From Parasitella parasitica NRRL 2501 (taxonomy: Eukaryota > Fungi > Mucoromycota): 64,000 nt of DNA. The stretch lies in NCBI GenBank assembly GCA_025201805.1, contig MU619239.1, positions 3,429 to 67,428 of the forward strand. The letters run 5' to 3'. Below are positions 56,436 through 64,000 of this stretch, one piece after another. Within the stretch, counting starts at the first letter, position 1. Each line of letters opens with the position of its first letter. Made by a program: the position numbers and the translations under genes. Under the pieces are notes generated by a model. It worked only from the letters and a program-made list of their open reading frames with translations, had not been told where the DNA came from and did not search any database.

Positions 56436-56662
56436 ATAATAAAATTAGAAATATCAATTAGAAATATCTCGACGAGATACAGTTTACATGCTTCCCCTAA
56501 ATTTGCAATCCATCGTTGGAAAATGGCATGAAGACTAATCATTTGTATCACCAAACATACTTCTCGAGTGTTTGAGATTCAATTCGTGAGCATTCTTCTC
56601 TGTATTAAGTGTCCACCAAGCCTTTTTTTTTTTACTTCGCTTTCTTTTTACTTTTTCATTTC

Positions 56663-58339
56663 ATGAGCGAATATATAACCAATAAACCACCAACATTGAT
56701 AGAAAGAGTGCTCACCTACTTTGGATTTGGAATCACTCCTTACAAAGTTAATTGTTGGTACTGCTGCCAGGATTCTTATATTTTGCCAGGTTCCAAAAAC
56801 ACAGTTGATCAGTGGTATTGCAATCTGTGCGAAAGTACCAACATTAGGGACAAGGTAGGACTCGAAAAAAGATATAAAAATATTGTGCCAATATTCCTAC
56901 TGTAATAGAATGGGGAAATTGCTGATCCCAAGCCATTTGAGCCACTCAATACTAAAAGTAGATGATAACCCTTGCAACTAAATACGATTACTGATATTTT
57001 TTTTTCGTTTCAAGGTGTGCCAGCTTTTCAACGATCAGCTTCGACTATCCAGGTCAAATCAGCAAATACACTCTGTTCTGATTGTGTTGCTAATCAAGAA
57101 ATCATATATCGCCATCTTGCTGAATACATACCAGATGAAACTGTGGGTACTTAGTTATGGATAATAGAATTCAATTCTCAACCTTATAAACATATAGGAC
57201 CCCACGTATGAAATTAAATTCAATGATGTAGATGAATACAAATCAAAACTACACCAACGATATAAATTATGCAGGGATTGTCAAGATAAAATTAGAAAAC
57301 TGAATGAAGATCAACGGGCTTTTATTAGGCAACAAAGATTCACTGCTTCTGTCCTCCAGAGCTCGCTTTCTACTGCACCCAAAAAACCTTCCATATATGT
57401 ATTCCACTTTAGAGGATTCTTGTGGTATACAGTTCATATATGGACCATCTTTTTTGGAAGCTTCTGTTAGTATGCTCGTGCTATTAATATCCATGTTTTT
57501 AACAAATTTATAGGTATCCTGTTTCCTCCCCAAAGTGTCAATATCAACGTGCCTGATATACTGTTGCGCTCATATGATCCAACCAGCTTGCAAGACCTTG
57601 TAAAATCAATTGGCTGTATTTCAAGTTTGTGGGATACTTTCATCATGCCGTTGCAATGTATTTTATCAACTATAAGTGATGAATCCTGCTACTGGGCAAT
57701 GGGCTTTGCTAATCTCTTCATTTTGGCTTTGATGACAATTTTATCTTTCGTTGTTAGAGGGTGGCATCATCTTTTAAAGGATACTACTACCGAAAAACTA
57801 ATTCACTATCGATTCTATAATGTATGATTTAAATGCAATCACTACATAACTTACCATTCATAGTTTAAGTTAGATCAGTCAGAAATCATTAATTCTGGTG
57901 CGGTGTTTGCTATTTGCATTCATCGTATTTATACCTAACAAGAAAGCAGAGATAGGGACACTGGCTATTTATATCATAGTAAGTGAATCAAATTGTTAAG
58001 CGAGCAGTGCTGGCTGGTAGCTTATATAGTTTAATTACTTTGCAGCTACTTCTGACATCGTATAACGTTGTCAAGTGCTATATTTGGCCATATGCAAGAA
58101 TTGGTAAAAACAGCAGATCATTAGAAATAGATGAGGGTGAGAATGAGGACGAGTTTATTGAGGATATGGACATTGTCCCCAATGAATCATCGCCGCCGCA
58201 ATTACCTTTACAGCAACAGCAGCATTATGAATATCATCAGCAGCACCGACAACAACAACAGTATTATCATTATCATCCACAACAGCAAGTGGACGCCGTT
58301 GACTCTATCGTCAATGGTCTCCATCAAATAGCATTCTAA
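56663..58339 (+). CDS. Ima1/Samp1(TMEM201)-like inner nuclear membrane protein, multi-exon
   Basis: Ima1_N Cys pattern VNCWYC..WYCNLCESTN..LCSDCVANQ..LAEYIPDE..LCRDC followed by several hydrophobic segments; internal 3' exons uncertain. Confidence 0.8.
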
Positions 58340-58480
58340 TAATCATCATAGACAGTTTTTAGATAATAGTTTCGAATAAATTCGCTTTGTACATTACAGC
58401 ATTGGATTACATATTCAAGAGAAAAAAAGGGTATGATAGTTATTTATAATACATGATTAAGGTTGAGGATGATTCTACGA

Positions 58481-59965
58481 TTAAGCAGTTTTTTCAAAAC
58501 CGCGAACAATGTCTTCAAGAGAGCGACCCTTAGTCTCTGGAACTTTGAAATAGGTAAAGACTAAAGCAAGAGCAGCAACACCAGCAAAGATAGCAAATGA
58601 GTAGCCCTTGATGCCATCAAAGATAAGAGGAAAGCATTGACCGATCAAAAAGTTCATGGCCCAGTTGACAGCAGTAGCGATGGCGCCAACAGCAGATGAA
58701 GCATAGACAGGAGTCAGTTCAGAGGTCATCATCCAAGGAATGGGTCCAACACCAATTGCAAAGGCAACAACATAACCAAAGACAGAGACAATCAAGAGAG
58801 CACCAATATTATAAACATAGCCAATAATCAAGAGAACAGAAAAGATACAAGCACCAACTTCAGCAATCATGAGCAAAGGACGGCGACCCATACGATCAAT
58901 CAAGATTAAGGAGAGGATAGTAGAAGCAAAGTTAACAACAGTAGTGACAATAGCCATGTATTTGGACATTTCCGCATCAAAAGCCATGTTGAAGATGGTA
59001 GTAGAGTAGTACATGACAGCATTCATACCAATCAATTGTTGAGTAATGTGAAGAGCAATGACAGTAAGTGCGATACGGCGAATGAGAGGATCAGTAAAGA
59101 TTTGAATCATGCTCATAGGAGAGCGTGCACCCTCATCTCGAGAGACAACACCATCTTCAAGCTGAGCGTCAAAAGATTTCTTGTCTTCAAAGGATGCAGT
59201 ATCACCAACAATAGCTTCAGCAGCAGCAGTACCCAACTGTCCTTCAATCATACCAAAGAACTCTTTATCGATGTTGGAATTTGGACGAAGTCTTTGAAGG
59301 CTTTCTCTAGCTTCTTCAATGCGATTTATAGAGACAAGATAACGAGGTGATTCAACGCAACCAGCCATCAAGAAGAATTGAGCAATAGCAGGAATAGCAA
59401 CAATAGCGTAGTTGATTCTCCAGAGAGGAAAAGAAGCAAGAGGAAGACCGATAACAGAGGCGAGTAAGATACCAATAACTATAGCAAATTGGTTGCATGT
59501 ACCCATAGTACCACGAGCCTTGATAGTAGATACTTCACCAATATATGTAGGAGTAGAGAGAGATCCAAGACCACAAGAGAGACCACACAAGACACGACCG
59601 ATGATAAACATAGCAGGATTAAGTGAGACACCGATCAATAAAGCTCCAATGATCCAGCCAATGTTGTTAAAGATGATAGTCTTTTTACGACCAAATTTAG
59701 TCTGGATAGCACCACCAAAGAGGCCACCGATCAAACCACCCACACAGAAAGAGGCTACAGCAAAACCCCAAAGAGCATTGTTCATTGGAAGGCAATCAGG
59801 GAAGGCCTTGCTAGCAACATGAGCAGCGCCATTCTCGCAGGCATGAGTAACTTCACCAGGAACGTTAGCGGAGCCAATTACCCATCCATTACTGAATGAC
59901 CCAAGACAAGAGATGATTACACAGTAAACCATGTATTTTGGCATTTTGAGATCAACAGAGTCCAT
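58481..59965 (-). CDS. MFS sugar porter (GLUT-like), copy 1, 494 aa, intronless
   Basis: KFGRKK, GR..CG, YIGEVS..RG, ESPRYL, QQLIGMNAVMYYS, DRMGRRPL, GPIPW, PETKG; ATG MDSVDLK at 59965. Confidence 0.95.
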   Translation of the reverse strand: MDSVDLKMPKYMVYCVIISCLGSFSNGWVIGSANVPGEVTHACENGAAHVASKAFPDCLPMNNALWGFAVASFCVGGLIGGLFGGAIQTKFGRKKTIIFNNIGWIIGALLIGVSLNPAMFIIGRVLCGLSCGLGSLSTPTYIGEVSTIKARGTMGTCNQFAIVIGILLASVIGLPLASFPLWRINYAIVAIPAIAQFFLMAGCVESPRYLVSINRIEEARESLQRLRPNSNIDKEFFGMIEGQLGTAAAEAIVGDTASFEDKKSFDAQLEDGVVSRDEGARSPMSMIQIFTDPLIRRIALTVIALHITQQLIGMNAVMYYSTTIFNMAFDAEMSKYMAIVTTVVNFASTILSLILIDRMGRRPLLMIAEVGACIFSVLLIIGYVYNIGALLIVSVFGYVVAFAIGVGPIPWMMTSELTPVYASSAVGAIATAVNWAMNFLIGQCFPLIFDGIKGYSFAIFAGVAALALVFTYFKVPETKGRSLEDIVRGFEKTA

Positions 59966-60134
59966 TTTGCTTGATAAAATATGATGTGAAGGAGGCGTTT
60001 TATTATAAAATCTATAATAGATATAATTTGATACAAAAAAATGGGCAAGGTGTAAATACCACTTCCTTATATATTCGATTTTGATCATGCATTTGTGGTT
60101 TTCTACGATATGAACCCTGTTTTCTCTAGAAAAC
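58481..60134 (-). repeat. Left arm of a ~1.65 kb inverted repeat
   Basis: Reverse complement of 61699-63352; paired coordinates sum to 121833 at both ends and internally. Confidence 0.97.
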
Positions 60135-60777
60135 GAACATCTTTCTGAGTTGTTGAACATACGATATTTTGAATGTTTCAGTGGTGGATGACTTCCTTAG
60201 TTTTCTAAAAAAAAAAATTGTCGAGCAATTCTCCATCCATGAATAAGAAAGAGGAAAACAGGAAATACTTGTATGAATTGATGTGCGTAAATCGATATGG
60301 TTAGTTCCCTTCGAACTTATGTGTATAAATACATCACTAATAGTAAACTACAATTGTGTCTTATGAGATTCAGGGACAACCCTTGATTGGCAAGAAGCGG
60401 TTGGTTTCCACGGAACTGACTGGTTAATGATATCCTTATAATTACAGAATGTTTGACTATGCATTCGTTTATCTGAGGAAGCCTATTTACACTCAAATTA
60501 TAAATGCGTTCATATTAACAAAATGTACATAAAAACGCTGTGGCTGTAAATGAACATAATTTTCATTGAAGCGTCCAAGCATTAGAGCACGATTCGTCAC
60601 CTCATTTGTTTATATTTATGCTGGGATCAGTTGCTTGGTTTGAATGGAAATATAGGTGGAACTAGCAGCATTTTTGTTATCATTTTATATCCAAAATCAG
60701 TAGAAAACGCAATCATTTAGCTTATAGATATATTTCATAATCATATTTTTGGTTTTCTCTATTTTTCTTATTTTGAA

Positions 60778-61413
60778 ATGGTCGCCAATGCCTATTTTAT
60801 TGTATTAGCGATAGTCATATCTCTGTTAATTCACCACACTGATGCTTACTGGACAGTCAGAGAAAAATATGCTCCAAGAAAAGATGGCACATTTTGGGCC
60901 GAATTAACCAAAATTGAATTTAATGGAAATGACTCAAGTGAAATCCAATGTCGAGTGAATACAAATCCCTTTCAAGACAAACGATCCATTATCTATGGAA
61001 GGAAATCTAGTTATCATGGCTGTGCTGGCATCGAAAAGGTTTCTCTTCATGGAAATAATCGAATATTGCATTATCTCACTGTATTAGGCTCTAATGAAGT
61101 TCTTAATTGTGTGTTAGCCGAAAGGAATTCAGTCTATAAAGAGTATATTTGTGGCAATGCCATTCCAACTGCCCTACCTGTAGGTGAAATACCTGTGTCT
61201 AATTCTCTCAGTGCTGCTACCAGTACAAGTAAAGGAAAGATAACTGTTAGCACAACTACAATAACGTATGTACCTTCTTTCACCAATGGTGTTGCCTGTG
61301 TTATTGGCTATCTAGGAAGAAGAAATGGTGGTGGTCCAACTGGTGCTTGCTGTAGTCATAGTGATGATTGCCTTGATACATGTGTTCAGGGAGTCTGTGG
61401 CATCACACCTTAG
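60778..61413 (+). CDS. Putative secreted protein: signal peptide, 4-Cys N-terminal domain, S/T linker, C-terminal 6-Cys module
   Basis: MVANAYFIVLAIVISLLIHHTDA signal-like leader; S/T-rich linker; CVIGYLGRRNGGGPTGACCSHSDDCLDTCVQGVC. Confidence 0.85.
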   Translation: MVANAYFIVLAIVISLLIHHTDAYWTVREKYAPRKDGTFWAELTKIEFNGNDSSEIQCRVNTNPFQDKRSIIYGRKSSYHGCAGIEKVSLHGNNRILHYLTVLGSNEVLNCVLAERNSVYKEYICGNAIPTALPVGEIPVSNSLSAATSTSKGKITVSTTTITYVPSFTNGVACVIGYLGRRNGGGPTGACCSHSDDCLDTCVQGVCGITP

Positions 61414-61698
61414 TTGTAAATGAATAAATGATCACACGGCGAATTACTACAACTGTACCTGAATAAATTATTGCCTGATTTTTGGCAAAACGAAAACAGT
61501 AAAAAAATAGAAAAGACAATCTATAGGAAAATAACTGTGTATTATTTATTATTTCTGCTTCACTTGCCAAGCTGCATTTAACTTCAAACTATTCCTTGCT
61601 AAGTATATCTTGAACTATAGCAAGACTTGCAGTTTGGAGATTGAAAATGAAACATCGTACCATCGTTCCTCTAAATATGTTGATCAAGGAAAAGTCAA

Positions 61699-63352
61699 GT
61701 TTTCTGGAGAAAACAGGGTTCATATCGTAGAAAACCACAAATGCATGATCAAAATCGAATATATAAGGAAGTGGTATTTACACCTTGCCCATTTTTTTGT
61801 ATCAAATTATATCTATTATAGATTTTATAATAAAACGCCTCCTTCACATCATATTTTATCAAGCAAAATGGACTCTGTTGATCTCAAAATGCCAAAATAC
61901 ATGGTTTACTGTGTAATCATCTCTTGTCTTGGGTCATTCAGTAATGGATGGGTAATTGGCTCCGCTAACGTTCCTGGTGAAGTTACTCATGCCTGCGAGA
62001 ATGGCGCTGCTCATGTTGCTAGCAAGGCCTTCCCTGATTGCCTTCCAATGAACAATGCTCTTTGGGGTTTTGCTGTAGCCTCTTTCTGTGTGGGTGGTTT
62101 GATCGGTGGCCTCTTTGGTGGTGCTATCCAGACTAAATTTGGTCGTAAAAAGACTATCATCTTTAACAACATTGGCTGGATCATTGGAGCTTTATTGATC
62201 GGTGTCTCACTTAATCCTGCTATGTTTATCATCGGTCGTGTCTTGTGTGGTCTCTCTTGTGGTCTTGGATCTCTCTCTACTCCTACATATATTGGTGAAG
62301 TATCTACTATCAAGGCTCGTGGTACTATGGGTACATGCAACCAATTTGCTATAGTTATTGGTATCTTACTCGCCTCTGTTATCGGTCTTCCTCTTGCTTC
62401 TGTTCCTCTCTGGAGAATCAACTACGCTATTGTTGCTATTCCTGCTATTGCTCAATTCTTCTTGATGGCTGGTTGCGTTGAATCACCTCGTTATCTTGTC
62501 TCTATAAATCGCATTGAAGAAGCTAGAGAAAGCCTTCAAAGACTTCGTCCAAATTCCAACATCGATAAAGAGTTCTTTGGTATGATTGAAGGACAGTTGG
62601 GTACTGCTGCTGCTGAAGCTATTGTTGGTGATACTGCATCCTTTGAAGACAAGAAATCTTTTGACGCTCAGCTTGAAGATGGTGTTGTCTCTCGAGATGA
62701 GGGTGCACGCTCTCCTATGAGCATGATTCAAATCTTTACTGATCCTCTCATTCGCCGTATCGCACTTACTGTCATTGCTCTTCACATTACTCAACAATTG
62801 ATTGGTATGAATGCTGTCATGTACTACTCTACTACCATCTTCAACATGGCTTTTGATGCGGAAATGTCCAAATACATGGCTATTGTCACTACTGTTGTTA
62901 ACTTTGCTTCTACTATCCTCTCCTTAATCTTGATTGATCGTATGGGTCGCCGTCCTTTGCTCATGATTGCTGAAGTTGGTGCTTGTATCTTTTCTGTTCT
63001 CTTGATTATTGGCTATGTTTATAATATTGGTGCTCTCTTGATTGTCTCTGTCTTTGGTTATGTTGTTGCCTTTGCAATTGGTGTTGGACCCATTCCTTGG
63101 ATGATGACCTCTGAACTGACTCCTGTCTATGCTTCATCTGCTGTTGGCGCCATCGCTACTGCTGTCAACTGGGCCATGAACTTTTTGATCGGTCAATGCT
63201 TTCCTCTTATCTTTGATGGCATCAAGGGCTACTCATTTGCTATCTTTGCTGGTGTTGCTGCTCTTGCTTTAGTCTTTACCTATTTCAAAGTTCCAGAGAC
63301 TAAGGGTCGCTCTCTTGAAGACATTGTTCGCGGTTTTGAGAAAACTGTTTAA
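61699..63352 (+). repeat. Right arm of the ~1.65 kb inverted repeat
   Basis: Reverse complement of 58481-60134. Confidence 0.97.
61868..63352 (+). CDS. MFS sugar porter (GLUT-like), copy 2, 494 aa, intronless
   Basis: Same motifs as copy 1; the protein differs only at LAS[V/F]PLW and the last residue (V/A). Confidence 0.95.
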   Translation: MDSVDLKMPKYMVYCVIISCLGSFSNGWVIGSANVPGEVTHACENGAAHVASKAFPDCLPMNNALWGFAVASFCVGGLIGGLFGGAIQTKFGRKKTIIFNNIGWIIGALLIGVSLNPAMFIIGRVLCGLSCGLGSLSTPTYIGEVSTIKARGTMGTCNQFAIVIGILLASVIGLPLASVPLWRINYAIVAIPAIAQFFLMAGCVESPRYLVSINRIEEARESLQRLRPNSNIDKEFFGMIEGQLGTAAAEAIVGDTASFEDKKSFDAQLEDGVVSRDEGARSPMSMIQIFTDPLIRRIALTVIALHITQQLIGMNAVMYYSTTIFNMAFDAEMSKYMAIVTTVVNFASTILSLILIDRMGRRPLLMIAEVGACIFSVLLIIGYVYNIGALLIVSVFGYVVAFAIGVGPIPWMMTSELTPVYASSAVGAIATAVNWAMNFLIGQCFPLIFDGIKGYSFAIFAGVAALALVFTYFKVPETKGRSLEDIVRGFEKTV

Positions 63353-64000
63353 ATTTTTCATTTTAACAATACCCACATAATCATATTAAATCTTGAAAAA
63401 AAACTTGTACATTAAGAATAAATCGAATATACACCTTATTTGCATTTTCTTTTTTATCTTACTTTAACCTGTTGAAAACGCTACTAGATACGTTCACATA
63501 TCAAGAAGTTGGGTGCTCAATCTTTAAAAAAGGTACGTCATAGAGTTTGAATTACTTCACAATTTTAAATCAACAATGATTACATTATATCTGATACATT
63601 TGTCAAGTACAGGCAACGTTTGAATGTAATTTTTTTAACTATTATTTATATTTAAAAAACGAGATACAATATAATATATTTTGTCTCTTATCTTGTCGCA
63701 CATTTTCAAAACGATTCAGAGTTAGTTTAAAGATCCATAGTAAATAAACGGTTAAATAAATTAGGCAATAGCAAAGAAAATTGTATGTGTTCGCTGATGT
63801 TTATCAGCTGTTCCTTATATGTTGATCTAACTTTCATTAGACGTATGTGAATAGCTAACATGTACCCTTTAATCTATGACGATTTACTGGTTTACAAGAC
63901 GCTTTATGATCAAGATGAAAGGTTCAGGGAGATGATGAACAATAGTTTGGCTTGCAGAAGATATACTGTAAATATATTTATAAAATGGTCCGCTTGATTT

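Noticed and set aside
59966-60160. N-terminal extensions of the transporter ORFs (559 aa and 580 aa; also 61610-61867)
   Set aside because: The extensions run through AT-rich duplicated promoter DNA with TATA-like boxes. The ATG in AAAATGG context (MDSVDLK) gives identical 494-aa proteins.

Overview
Eukaryotic, intron-containing, AT-rich fungal DNA. Short 50-70 nt GT-AG introns, gene content and protein style point to an early-diverging fungus, probably Mucorales (inference). About 23 protein-coding genes are supported: eIF4A3/FAL1, an F-box protein, a VRG4-type GDP-mannose transporter (with an apparent 1-nt frameshift), PDX2/SNO1, a CofD-like/UPF0052 protein, PI31, a PMC1 Ca2+-ATPase, an Argonaute, stomatin-like 2, a bHLH factor, IML1/DEPDC5 with a 168-codon Q-rich tract, a divergent syntaxin, a DnaJ protein, PRP8, an NT-C2 protein, a NEM1-like phosphatase, DNMT2, an Ima1-like protein, two near-identical MFS sugar transporters and several unknowns. 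Also present are a decayed PIF/Harbinger element, two Tc1/IS630 transposase relics, a 190-N assembly gap and a gene-free 4 kb at the start that is rich in repeats and hairpins. The most notable structures are four. (1) A ~1.65 kb near-perfect inverted repeat made of two divergent sugar-transporter genes enclosing a secreted Cys-rich protein gene, a potentially invertible or gene-converting cassette. (2) An intein-free PRP8 whose known intein insertion site sits in a 49-nt exon within a three-intron cluster, with unusual substitutions. (3) An intronless syntaxin with a broken SNARE zero layer. (4) Stem-conserving dyad symmetries in the first 4 kb. No rRNA, tRNA or CRISPR array was seen. Exon boundaries were read by eye.
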